A stretch of 57,438 bases of DNA, the filler included, from Platydemus manokwari (lineage: Eukaryota): NCBI GenBank assembly GCA_037951405.1. It is 5 parts of 5 records of this genome, joined end to end, with 100 filler letters (N's around TTAATTAATTAA, not from the genome) between each part and the next. Parts side by side here need not be neighbours in the genome. Positions count along the whole stretch, not along the records: positions 9,522 to 20,725 come from JBBMOY010837756.1; positions 20,826 to 29,893 come from JBBMOY011304428.1; 3 more parts are not named here. One strand, written 5' to 3'. Position numbers and translations under genes: made by a program. The notes beneath the pieces are model-generated. The model worked only from the letters and a program-made list of their open reading frames with translations, ran no database searches and was not told the origin of the DNA. Shown here piece after piece: positions 12,165-25,509 of this stretch (its first letter is position 1; each line of letters opens with the position of its first letter).

Positions 12165-15100
12165 ATATCCACATGAATGTAATCGATCCAGCGAGTGTAC
12201 TGTTAATTGAAAATGGATTGGAAATTAGAAAAATATTATTTATAAAAGTAAAATCAATTAAAAGAACTATTCGTGTAAGTTGGAGAGGTTGTATAAATGG
12301 GATATTGTGTAACGGATGTGAATTAGCGAATCCATCAGATTTTGGAACTGATGGAACTTTCGGTGGTCAAAAATTATTTGAATGCACTGCTGGAAAAGCT
12401 ATTCTCATTCCTGTTGATGAATTTCGCGATAGTTGTGAATCGAGTATGAAGTTTATTTTGTTGTTTTCTACCCGACAAATGGTATTTAGAAAATCACAAA
12501 GACTTAATGAAATCGGAAGGGTTTATGAAACGATTTCGAGGTGTTATCAAAAATATTAATCCCGAGGATACTTGTTGTATAGAATGGTTGATTAATATTA
12601 AAACTTGGCCTGAATTACAAGTAGGAGGTAAAGTTAAATTGAAAACTCAAGATATTCTTGGAACTTGTAAATGGATTGGATCGATAAATGGAAAAGAAGT
12701 TGTTGGCTTAGAGATGGTAAATCTAATTTTTTGTATTTTCTGGAACTCCTATATCGAGTCATATTGTTAGAACAGTGATAGTGATTGTAAGGGAATAATT
12801 GGTCAATCCTCACCTTTAGGTTTATTTAGTTGTTCGAACGAGAACGGGATTTTATTAACAGCTGATGGTGTAGTACACGGTAAGATTCGTTTATAAATTA
12901 TGGGAATAATAATAAAAATAATAATGATGTCTTTGTTTTTTGATATTTTCATGTGAGATCTTTAACTTTTAATTTTTATCGAATAATTGCATTTATGCGA
13001 TATGAATATTTTAAATAAATAAATAATGTGTTCTTTAAGAAGCTGATAAGAAAAAAGTAAAATTTATCTTGGACTCTTCTGAAATCGCTTCTGAGATTCA
13101 TATATTCAGACTTACACTTAAGAAGGCGCATACAATTAAAACAAGGAAAACCTATATACCTAATTGAACAGTAAGTTCGACAAATTTCCATTAATGCATC
13201 CGTATCCCTATTATCGTCATTATCTATATTAAACTATTTGGTTGGTGGTCGGTGGTTAATTTTAAATTTTACTGGTTCTAGTGGCTTCAGCAACTGGTGT
13301 GATGACCGCGCTGCTGGAAAGTCATTTGATTTTAAATTAATAACCGAGCACAAAGGAACTGAAAAATAATGAGGTGGTTATGAAAACCTGCTTTAATTAA
13401 CAGTCTATGATAAAACGACGAGCAAGATTTAACTGCTTGATATTATATTTTACAATGACGGCCGTTAATGAATTAGTATGATATAATGTTATGTTCTCAC
13501 GCGGTCTCTTGGTAGATAATAATTACGTTACTCTATGTAATGATCACTGAGTTTAAAATAAACATGCAAAATCTCAAAAATATTTATTAATTAAGAAAAA
13601 CAGAAATTCAACAGTTAATATTAAAAGAAAACACCAAAAATCTAAGTTAAATACCCCGTACCTCACCTCAATGATTAACAGGAAAATCAGTGGAACGGAC
13701 GAAGAGTTTGAATTACACAAAAGCGGAAGATATTAATTATCGACAAAGTAATATAATATGTGAACGATTATTAACTTTATGATTAACTATTAATTATTAA
13801 GAGTAAGCGTTTAAAAAGGTGATAATTATTATTTAAAAGATCCTTACTACTTTTCAAATTCCAAGTGATCAAAATAATTCCCGACGCTGCTGGCGCAATG
13901 AAATAATTTCCAATGGTATGATCGACGATCAAGAATAATGTAGTGCTCTGTCTCCAAAAATTAGGCTTGTGTATCTCCGCAAATAGTGAGGCTTTCTTAT
14001 CTTCGTCCGATTAGTCGCGTAAAAGTTTTCGAATCGAAATAACTTTCTTTGTGTTTTTCACCGTGTGTTATCATGGCGGCTCACATATGACCAGCGTTGG
14101 TATTTATAGGCGTCCGATCCTATTTACTTTCTCACGTCAATGGACTAAATTTAACTGATTGTTTTTCTCATAATTTTCCTTATTTGATCCAAGTTAACGG
14201 ATTATTTTCTCATGGTTTTATTTGGCCCACTTTGACTAATTATTTTCTCACGGTTTTTATTCAGTTATTTTCTCGTGCCTATTTTAATTAATCTAATTTA
14301 ACTTCATTTTGCACCTTTCATATTTTTATTATATTTTATTTATTTATTTTATTTACTTTTAATTTTGTTATTTAACTATTTATCCTAATTACCCTATTTT
14401 ACTCTATCGTTTTATTATTAATATTATTATCGATTTGCTCTGTCGATGTTCATCTCCCGAATTCACCTACTCCGTCCGCACACACAAATTTCACAATAAA
14501 AGCGGTTACATAACAATACCTTTTTTTAGCAAAATATTGAAACACAATAGTTAATTTTTTTCGCAAGCAAAAATCACACTGATTGTTTATTTTTGATATC
14601 AAACAAGAATCAAAATCAATTGTAACCCACAGTATCGAATAATTGTTTATGTCACAACTGGGGTTGATGCTGAAGCTACATAGTCCTCTGTTGGATATTT
14701 GTCCTCCTCGAGCACGCTTCTTTTTTTGGTCGGTCCATAATCAAGGTTTTTTGATAGGGTTATAGGCTATATGTGTATGTTTAATGTTTTGTGGTGCTAA
14801 ACTATGTATGTACAAAAAAATGTTTGGTCGTTATGCCAGGGGGTTGACCCAACATCTATATTTAGCATCAAAGTTGATGACTGTTGAAACTTTAAATGAT
14901 TCTTACAAAAATTGTTAACTACAAACTATTATTTATACTACCTAGATATAAGTTTATTATTACTGCTATTAATTGTTATAACTACTGCACGAATCAAATC
15001 AAATCAAAATTCGAATTTAAACACCAAAGGTATATTAAACAACAAATTACAAAATTGCACAATAAAACAATCCACTACTCTAAAGTTTTCTTTCGATTTC

Positions 15101-18100
15101 TTTGTAAAGTAATCGGTGTGAGCGAAAATCTCCAAGTACGATGTATTTTAAAGGGTGTGATTTATATTTAAAATTGAATTTTAATTAAGCGAATTTGTGA
15201 TCAATAAACCCTCTTTTTGATTTAAGCACAACAACATTTCTAATATTTTTTTAAGTTTACATTTATTGATAGAAAACCCAACATCCAATCAACAAATAAA
15301 AATAGAAACACCCCCGTCTAATTTTGATTATCAATTAATGACTTTATTCATAATATTTTCTCTCAAAATGATAAGAATTCGATTTGATATGATATCAATG
15401 ATATTCTAATTTTATAAAATTGGATTGATTTCAGATGTTAAGCGTGAAGATGTTCAATTTTCTGTGGATAAAATTGTCGATATCAATAAAATATTTTATG
15501 TGAAGTCTATGAATAATAGTAATGCTAACGAAATTAATTTGGGAGATCCTGTGATTTTTGAAATCGATAAGAAAGATTATATAGGGGAAGTTAAATGGAA
15601 AGGAATGGTCAATAATGAGAAATGCGTTGGTCTAGACATGGTCAGATTTGTCATGATAATATTTTTTCATAAATGTACAACATTTTAGGAGGATCGATTT
15701 GAGTTCGGAATGAATGGTGTCATCAAAGGAGATGTGAAATTCGATTGTTTGAAAGGTCATGGATTGATCACACCCTTATCAAATGCTGTATCATGTAATT
15801 AATTAATACATAACAATTCAGTTGGATATTATTATATTGTGTAGATGATTATAGGAATCGACTACCTGTGCTGGAATATGGATTTATAAATCCGAAAAAA
15901 TTTTTGAAATGTGAAGAAATTCGAAACAAATCACTTCTTAAACAAATGAATTTATTATGTGGCCGTTATGTATACGTTAGTTTGAAAATGAGAAATGATG
16001 AGATCAAAATGAAGGGTACATTGAGATGGATTGGTTTAATGAATGATGTACAAGTAGCAATTGTAGAACTGGTAGGATTAGTTCACGAGCGACTATAATT
16101 TTATTGGTTAATATTATGATATATAGAATCAAGATAATGAATTCGGAACAAATGGAATGTTTTGGAGAAATCAATTATTTAATGGAGACCAACGGTTTGT
16201 AGCAGTATCGTCCAATCAAGTTCAGAAATGTAAAATTGTCTTTTTAATGACCTTCGTGGATAAATGATTTTCTAATGAATTAGATGTTCCGTTTATACAA
16301 AAAGATATTCCCAAAGATACGCCAGCATTCCATGATGTATACATCAATTCGCCTGTCATCTATAATTTAGAGTCGAATGGCGTTGTAGAAGAGGCTTTTG
16401 GAACAATCAAATGGACCGGTGTGGATGAATATGGGAAATATTTCTATGGGCTAGAATTAGTATCTGTATTTTAACCAAATATAGCCTTTATGTTTTCGCT
16501 GTTAGGATGATATGATCGCTGAAGGAACTGATGGTGAATTTTCTGACCAGAAATTATTTCATTGTCAACCTGGTCATGGAATTTTAGTGCCTGTTGGAAA
16601 AGTAAATAAAAATTCCGCCCTTATGGAAGGTTTGATTCCAACCTATCAGAATATTTTAATCAATTAAAAATTTATTAATCAACTTTAAAAATCGATTGAA
16701 AAAATTAAAACAAATTATGTTATCACACCGAAATGACACCAGATCAAATAATCGATTTAAATCATAAATCCAAGCGATATTAATAATTTATCCGTAATTT
16801 CACAAAATACATTTTCATATCCTACTCAATGAAAATAAAGAATTTTTCAAAATAATATTGTAAATAGTAAAAATTGGAGGGATTGTTCGAGATATTGATA
16901 AAATGAAATGAAATCTTAAACAATACTCCAACAAATACTGATAATATAATAATATCTAGAACTATAGAAAACAATATTTATTTAAATAATTAAGACAATA
17001 TGTATATGAGAAATATAAAAAAACATCAATCGTCTGTAAATCTAAAAATTCTCAATGTTTTATAAAGAAATTTTCAATTTAAATGCATTATTAAATCCTT
17101 ATTAAATGTTTGATTTCTATCTTATAATTAAATAACTGTTTCAGTTGACTTATGAGTTACTGGTGGGTGTCTGAATTATATTGTTGAGTGAGATGAAATT
17201 CTGCAAAAAGAAAAGAAAATTTGCACCTTGGAACCCATGTTTAAGCACTTTTAACATTTGCTTGCCTACACAACCATACAGGCAATCATCGAATCATAGT
17301 GAAGTTAAATGTTAAACGACAATTGGAAAAAGGGGCATAACTACACAACAACGCATACATAGGGATTGATCAAACTCACTAATGCAAAAATTTGAAAACC
17401 CAATAGGAACATAGAAAAACAAATATCGAATCAAAATATGATTACAAAAAATTACACACAGATTGCGAATATAAAAATCGATGTAAAGATGGCCAACTGG
17501 CAGTTGGAAGCCAAGCTTTGGTTGATATTTTGTCCAGTATAATTTGGGTAAATGTATTGATTAGTGCATAAGATAATATATTATTTGCCTTCGAATTTGG
17601 AGTCAAAGTTTAATCAATTATTTGGAACTATTCAACAATATTAGTTGTACAAATAGGATATTGATTGAAAGACATACAGATTTTTGGAAAATGATTATTT
17701 GCGATATGATTAGGGAATTGGAGCATTAATTGCAAGTGTTGATATGATTTGTTAGTTTAAAGGTAATTGATCGTGATTTGTTAATAGATGCTCCTCACAA
17801 ATAGAATGTTGATACTAATTCAAAGATAAAATTTTGGCAATACTTCAAAGTCAAAAATTAGTGTTTCAATTCCCCAATAATATCGCAAATCACCGTTTTC
17901 CACCACAACCTCTTTTTTCGTCTATCTTTCAATCAATATCCTATTCGTACCATTAATATAATTCAGACACCAATCAGTAACTCGTGAATCATCATGAATG
18001 AAAAACTCGATTCCGTGAAAACGTTTCACTTCTCTGAAGAGGTTCGTTTCAAAACCTGCGGAATTCCATAAAAATGGCGTAAAACAATTTCCAGAAAGCT

Positions 18101-19315
18101 GTGGACCTTAAAAGTGACTATTTTCAACATTTCAGATTTACAGACGAACTATGTTTTGTTTATATTTCTCAATTTACATATTTCCTTTATTTGTTAACTA
18201 AATATTATTTTCTATCGGACAAAACTTTCCTATCAATCCCATATTGCGATTATTTATTTTATGTAATCTGACTTTTATGTTTATCAATATAAATATCAGT
18301 AAAATTATTTTTCGTTGATATTTTCATGACAAATGAAAAGTGAATAAATTCTATACTCAATTAGGAGAAAGCAATTTATTTAATCAATATTTTCTTGAAT
18401 TGATGAAGTATTCCACTAATCGTGAGCTGGAAGTACGGATTTTTAAAGATATCTTTAAAATGAAAAATAAAAGGTGTTCAAATATTGAATTAGATTAATT
18501 TAATTCAAATTATCAGGTTAATTAACTCACTTATTAGATGCACAGATCACCCTGTGAGACTTGATATTCACGAATATTTGCTTCCAATGCTAATAGAAGA
18601 ATCAAATGTTACATTTATTAGATTGGTTCTCAAAAATTGTGACTTAAGAAATGCCAGCAGTGAAGTTTGTTTGGACTTGGCAAATTATGGTTTTCAAATT
18701 GAAGAATGGGATATTTTCTGGACTGCATTGGATTCATGTGTGAACAAGAACGTTTTGTTAAATAATGGCGAAACGTTTCTCACTAATCTGATCAAGTTCA
18801 ACTGTTCAGAGGAATTTATTCTGGAAATTATTAGAAAAAATATTTTCGATTTACAAATGATTAATAGATTCGGTGAATCGGTTTTTGTATTGGCTTGTAA
18901 AATGGTGTTGCCATCGATCGTCGAGGAAGTTATTCCCAATTCTTTGAATTCAGCTCAAAAACGAGAAGTTACAAATCTTATTATTGATGCCAACGAGAGA
19001 CTTTCGAAATTGGTTCGAAATTTTAAATATCGTTTATAATTTATGGTTTATTATCAGGGTCAACCCTTGGATGACGTTTGGAGAATTTCTAAGCTGATTA
19101 ATAACACCGAAACCAGACAAATAATAGTAGAATTTTTATATTGATTTTTGTTTTATATCACTGCATAATAGGAATGTTCGATTTGCATGGGCGAAGAAAT
19201 AAACGTGGTTTTAGAATGTGGTCATATGTGCTGTGATATTTGTTCTGGAAAATTGACGAGTTGTCCTTTCTGTAAGAAAAATATTGGAAAAATCAAAAGG
19301 ATTTTTCTACCATGA
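12165..19315 (+). CDS. Core of a multi-exon gene: 5x CYLD-type CAP-Gly + ankyrin repeats + C-terminal C3HC4 RING (putative E3 ubiquitin ligase)
   Basis: Phase-consistent GT-AG exons: 12165-12443, 12490-12716, 12771-12879, 15435-15640, 15689-15794, 15845-16071, 16127-16229, 16284-16459, 16506-16629, 18365-18473, 18538 (or 18517)-19012, 19058-19126, 19172-19315; about 785 codons with no internal stops. CAP-Gly motifs include VSWRG..GCEL..FGTDGTFGGQKLFEC..AILIP and GTIKWTG..YGLEL|DDMIAEGTDGEFSDQKLFHCQPGHGILVP. Ankyrin-like: NGETFLTNLI and FGESVFVLAC. RING: CSICMGEEINVVLECGHMCCDICSGKLTSCPFCKKNIGKIKRIFLP*. AATAAA at 19391. Confidence 0.88.
13487..14515 (-). mobile_element. Probable solo LTR (about 1.03 kb) antisense within an intron
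   Basis: Termini TGTTATGT...ACATAACA (8-bp inverted); flanks ATAA/ATAC. On the minus strand, imperfect repeats (14120-14280) precede the TATA box CCTATAAATA (14110-14101). Confidence 0.55.
17142..17996. mobile_element. Foldback/MITE with about 130-bp inverted arms; left arm interrupted by an insertion
   Basis: 17144-17181 plus 17642-17731 form the reverse complement of 17856-17990 (e.g. GGTGTCTGAATTATAT and AATAGGATATTGATTGAAAGA). Confidence 0.7.
17182..17637 (+). mobile_element. 456-bp TG...CA element (solo LTR or Ginger-type) with 4-bp ATAT TSD; multicopy
   Basis: ATAT|TGTTGAG...TTCAACA|ATAT; the empty site is visible in the opposite foldback arm. Homologues at about 42280-42765 (inverted), 7462-7680 and 49588-49790. 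Confidence 0.7.
17997..18243 (+). mobile_element. Mariner 3' remnant
   Basis: Degenerate KRFTS..EV, FHKNGVKQ and FQKAVDLKSDYF (mariner C-terminus), followed by the TIR-like CGGACAAAACTTTCCTATCAATCCCATA. Confidence 0.6.
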
Positions 19316-20725
19316 TTAAACAGTGCTGGTTATTTTGATAAAACTTTTTATATTAAAAAATAATTGATAAGATATTGGGTTTTTATAAAAAATAAATATT
19401 TCAACAAATATTGATTCTATTTGGAATCAGTTCTAATCATTTCATTTTCTATCATTATTCAATGATTTATAATTTCAAATTTTTGGATTTGATATACGAT
19501 TTTATTAGGAACTGCTAGACTTCATGTTTTGTAAAAATCTATTCTTGAAACTCAATTCATTTTACAAATTATCTCAACCAGTAAATCTTTCGATTACAAC
19601 TATAAAAATAATATAATAATCAAGATTGTTATGAATATTTCTACATATTTAAATAAAACTACGTGTCCGTCAAAATATTGTAAATCACGTTTAAGGTAAA
19701 ATAATATAATCTATAAAAATTACTTCCGATTTTAAGTTGCATATTATAAACGAATGAAAATATGGTTGAACAGTGTGTGTCATCCCCAAACCCAGTCAGT
19801 TCCAGAAATGAGGTTTGGAAATCTAAAAAAGAGTCTATTTAGAAATTATTTAAGTTTATCAACTTTAAAAATTAAAGAAAATTTAATCATTGTATGTAGC
19901 CCATATTATGTAGTGTGGAAGCAAAATATAACATATTGAGAATATAACAATATAATTCTTAATTTAACAATGCACAATTATCGAATAATAATAATTGACA
20001 AATATATAATAGGCACAAAAAGATTAAATAATGATTAACAAATATCGATTAGTAAATAACAATTATTAGACAACAAATAATCAGGGTTTTTTAGTTAATT
20101 TTTTTAATTAATAGTTATTGTTTTGTATAGGATTTTAAAAGATCCTTGTGAAGAGAGCTGCAAAGTTCAGGTATTCGAGTTTATGATAGTTTGGACCCAA
20201 AGAGTCTAGCAACTATAACGACAAGATGAGCTGAGTTTGAAGGAGATTTTAGATGATTTGTGAATAAGTGATTGGACAAAGTCCAAGCCGCTTTTAATTA
20301 AATTGTTCATTGTTTGCCGCTACTACTATTTTAAAAGCCACACATTAAAATCAAACCGTAAAAAGTCAAGACACAATCAAATCTATTTTATATCCAAATA
20401 TTTTAACAAATATTTCTAATTTTACATTAATTTAATTTTTTATAAAATTAAATTAAATATGAATAATATTTGAATAAAATTTAAATAAAATGTGAATTAA
20501 AATTGTTTTGAATTAAATTGAAATTTAATTCATATAAAATATCTCACATTCATCAAAATTATCGTAATGAAATACATTTAAAATAATGAAAAAGTAATAA
20601 AATTAATTTTACATTGTTTAGGACTTTTTATAGGAAATAATTTCTCTTCTAATTTTGATCGGTAGTAATCGCTTTTATTTATTGGTACTTGACTCATCTG
20701 ACAATAATTTTACAGACTGTGAGAG

Positions 20726-20825
20726 NNNNNNNNNNNNNNNNNNNNNNNNNNNNNNNNNNNNNNNNNNNNTTAATTAATTAANNNNNNNNNNNNNNNNNNN
20801 NNNNNNNNNNNNNNNNNNNNNNNNN
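20726..20825. other. Artificial contig spacer
   Basis: N44-TTAATTAATTAA-N44. Confidence 0.97.
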
Positions 20826-22163
20826 AGTCATTGAAAATGATGGACTGTACTTCGAGGAATAATATGTTCAGCGTTATAACAATTTGTGTTAATAAAATAC
20901 CTCCATAAAAACATGAATAACTTTTGACTCAACCTGGTATATACAATATCATACTAATATAGGTAAGAAAGCGTAATTAAAAGCAATAAATACAAAATTG
21001 TTGGTTTATCTGATAAGATTGGGATTCAATATTTGATGGTTATCAGTCTTACAAACAATGATGAGTGGACCCTCGAAACATGACATATTGATAATCATTT
21101 TTTGTTGGTCAACTATATCGATTTTGAGTGATTAAAATATTTTTTATCTATTATATGGAAGACAATTTTGCAAATAAAAGTAGTATATTTAAAATTTTAT
21201 AATTAATTAAAGTGGGTTTTTATAGTATTCACATTATTTGTGAGTATCATAGGTAAAGTGCAATCCAGTGGTCACTTGGATGGAGCGAAATTATTTTTAG
21301 AATATAATTATTAGAATATGATTAGAATATAATTATATAGAATTCAACTTAACTTTTATAATGATGTCGATTTCTTTTAAACATTTTTTAAAATTAAATT
21401 ATTTTAAAATTTTTAAATAATTAATTAGTTTTTTAATATTCCGCGCAATTAATATTAAAGATGTAATTATGCTAAAAAATGGATGACTTCGTAGGAATTA
21501 CAGAAAAGCACCTCGTAAAATAAATTTTTTAATTTGTTGGGCGTATTTCAAAAATCAATATTGTTTAGTAATATTCATTAAAAACACTTTCAGTTTTTAT
21601 TTAATTATCTATGAAGAATTTAATTCTTTGAAATCAAATATCAAATTCGCCAGATTTTGAAAACCTCTTAAATTTTGACTATTTGAAAAATAGGTCAAAG
21701 TAGGTCAAGTAATAATTTTATCAAATTTAGCAAATCACTTTTAACTAAATCCCAAATATATGCTTACGCACACTACTAAACACTTATATTTCAATAAAAG
21801 CTCTAATTTGAACTGAATTAGCAAAACGACGACCTCATTTGCCAACACTAACCGTCAAAGCTTAGTTCAAAAAATATTGGCAAATGTTGAAAAACATGCG
21901 TCATCGGAGATAAAAAATTTCAAGAATATTTAAAATGAAAAAATTCACACGCGAAATATTTTATAATTTAATGTTTAAGTTTATTGGTCATATTTCAAGT
22001 GCCCTTCATAGTGAACCATATACGATGATGTTAGAAATCTTCAAATCTATATTTTAAGCCAATCATTACACATCGTTTAAACAATCAATTTTATCAAAAA
22101 CGTTTTGCATGAAATCAATAAATTTATTCCAAGAAAACTGTTCAGCTAAATCAATATCATTTG

Positions 22164-24744
22164 TTATACTGCTTGTGTGGTCGGTCGAATTAATATGTCA
22201 TGCACTGCACTTCGAGGTTCGGCTGATAAAGCGAAAATAATCGCATCCGTTATATCAGATGCTTGTAGAGGTTCAGGAATGGCTGCTTTCAATTGTTGAG
22301 CATAAAGTTCACCACTTGATCTCGTAGCAAATTCCGTGTCCACATAACCTGGGCTAATTTGGGTTACTCGAATATTGGATTTGATTTCTCTCAACTCCTA
22401 TTGATTAGAAATATCATTTAAATACAATGATATTAAATAATCGATATTCTAGTTTAATTGACGTATTGCAGAAAGGAGTAACCTAATCAATAAAAAAATC
22501 TGTTAATTAAAACCTTTCTGTGTTGAAGATTCAAAATAACTATTTTTTAACAACATTTAACATTTTAATGCCGTTAAGAAAAGCAGTCTTTTATACCTAT
22601 TACGCCATGATGAATTTTCGCGCATGAAATAATTTTATAATTTAATTTTCTGTATTTTCCTCCAAGTGCACGCAATAGTTTATTTCTATAATTTTTTGTA
22701 ATATTAGATCAAAATTATAAAAATTATTTCTTCTGCTATACTATAGTTGTAAATCTTTCGGCTTCATACTTTGATGACGCATTTTACCAGGTTATCGTCG
22801 GCCTTTGATAATCGAGGTTTGAAATGCAACTGCAAAACAAAGAAAAAAGCTTATAAATGATTGATCCGGCCTTACCTATTGCCAATTAAACCAAAAAAAT
22901 AATACTTAAAATATTAATTTAAATCTTAATCTCGTCATTTTACATCTAGGATTGTCACATAATAACCAATCATAATAGCGGTATATTTTATGTTATAATC
23001 AATAATTAAAAATATTGTTATATTCCCATGGCATTTCTAACAATTTTGGTGATAATTGATAAGTTCATCTGATAGAACACATTTAGAATGGGGGGAACAA
23101 AACAAATTTCTTTTCGAATCACAAATTTTCTATTTGATTTTATAAATTTAATATTTTTTTAAAAATTATAAATCGATTTAATTAACACCTGACGCGGTTA
23201 AAAATACAAGACTAACTTGTTCTTCTTTATAAAAGACGTACAAATATTGAGAACATTCTCCATTTGCTTCTAATTTGCTTGAAAGAAGCGATCCTCAATA
23301 ATTTTCTGCTTAAAACCGTCTTACAAATAACAAATTTTTAGAACTTTTTACATCACTATTCTATTTAATATTTGATTTCTTCTTGGGTACTCAAAAAATT
23401 GAAAATCTTTTGACCTACTTTCGTTATAATGAATTTTCGCGCATGACATAATTTTATAACTTAATTTTATGTACAACTGCTATGTTTGATTTATTCGTAT
23501 AATTCAGTTAATATCTCATTTTTAAGATGTCTAATAGTGACAAAGCACAGTTTTCAAACCAAGTTCCCATTCTAATCACAACACTTCTATATCATTATTT
23601 GAGTTTTTAAATTCAAATTTTTATAATTATAAATCGAGTTAGTTAATTGCAGATATGTTTAATAATATCATTGCTTATTTTTATAAAATAATTGTCAAAA
23701 TTGATAATATCTCTTAATTTCATTAAAAAATGGCACCCTAAATAATTTGCAATTAATTGCAATTCGATTTACTTTGATCAATTTTTCAAACAATCAAATT
23801 TTAGGAGATTTTGAAGCTCTCGTGTATTTAATATTTCAAACAATTGCGATTCTTCTTAAGCACTTCAATAATAAATGAAAAATGTTTTTAAACAACATAA
23901 TTAATTAAACTATATAGATTTTTGCAATACACTCAATAAATTGAAAATTTCATTTTAGGATCCTTTTTCTTAATTTTGACTCAAAATTTCAATGAAATGT
24001 ACCAGTAGATTATAAAATAAGAATATTTTAATTAGATATCTTATTTTTAATACAAGCTAAATAATATATTGATTGAATCAAATATTGATTGAAATTTCAA
24101 AATTATTTCTATTCATTTTACAATATGACATGACTAAACAATAGTATTACTTGTCTTATTGCTTCCGTTATTGCTGTAACAGAAAATTTGGTACAACCAT
24201 AAAAATGGCTCAATGATCTTGCCACAATTCGATGTCCTGACATACTGTTAATATTGATTATATGACCAGGTACTATATGATTCATGTCTTTTAAATTCTC
24301 ATTTTCTTTCATCAAAGAGAATGCCTCTCTCGTACAGACACAAAGTCCTAAAACATTTGTTTCAAACATGGATCTCCAATTTTCAGTTTTTCCTTCAAGT
24401 ATTGAACCCTAGAATCACTTAAATTACAAAAACATGAAAAATAGTTTCCTAACATCTAAAGAGAACCCAGCATTGTTAATCATAATACTCAATTCTTTGA
24501 AATTTGTTTTGACGTAATCAAACATTTTCAAAACATCTTCTTCATTTGAAACATCACATTTGATTGGTATAAATTTGCCTTTGGAATCTTTCGGTATTTC
24601 CTCATTGACTTTCAAAAGATTATCAAAATTTCTACCACAACCCACAACATTCAATCCATAATTAACTAATCTCATAGCTACATCCTTCCCAATTCCAGAT
24701 GATGCACCGGTGACAATTGCAACTTTACCAATCCATTTATCCAT
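22164..24744 (-). CDS. DHRS11: Short-chain dehydrogenase/reductase, DHRS11/farnesol-dehydrogenase-like, 260 aa
   Basis: Exons 24744-24454, 24408-24151 and 22397-22164, with phase-0 GT-AG introns of 45 nt and 1753 nt. Motifs: MDKWIGKVAIVTGASSGIG, CDVS, NNAG, NINSMSGH, catalytic YGCTK, ISPGYVDT, C-terminal IRPTTQAV. Confidence 0.93.
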
Positions 24745-25509
24745 CAGATTTTCAAATATTTCAAATATCCGTAATTAAAAACAAAATGATTTTTAAAACT
24801 AATCTTATCATGAATATCAATGACCTTGAAATTATGATTCGATTAAATGGATTGTGTAAAATTTTAAATTACCAACCACATGAGTTGTCTGGTTTTTCTC
24901 ACGTTATCTAATCTTAACGGATTCATATTTTTAACATTATATCTAATCATTTTGTTAATTTATTAGAAATTCATTTCATTGTATTGTTTAATTGGAAATA
25001 TATTCAGTACAATTTATACGTTCTACATTACTCCCACAAAAATACCTTTGTTTCAAGCTACTAACCGATATCATGATATTACTAACTATACTTAAAATGG
25101 ATAAATATCATAAATTTTTAGTTTTAATCATAATTTTTTTAATTTGAAATGGCCACAGTACTGTATGCACTTAAAACCCACAGATGGTTAAATTCCTTAC
25201 GTATTTTAAATACCAACGTTAAACAATTCCAAATCAATAAAGATTATAATAATACTTGTAGGTTCAAGTTTAAAAGAACTATATTATAAGATTATTTAAT
25301 ACTTTAATTTACTTTGTTTATTTATTAAATAATTATTTTATTTACATTTAATACTTTTAATTTTGTTTTAAGATCCTTAACTTATTTTTGAATAAATATA
25401 ATAAAATGATTTAACGAAATAAAAAATTCAAGATTCATATTCCTGAACTTTTTTTATAGAAATTTTTAAGTAATATTATTACACTAAGAAATCGTTTTAA
25501 TTTTGGGTT

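Noticed and set aside
18694-18939. Minus-strand 81-aa ORF
   Set aside because: Antisense shadow of the ankyrin exon.
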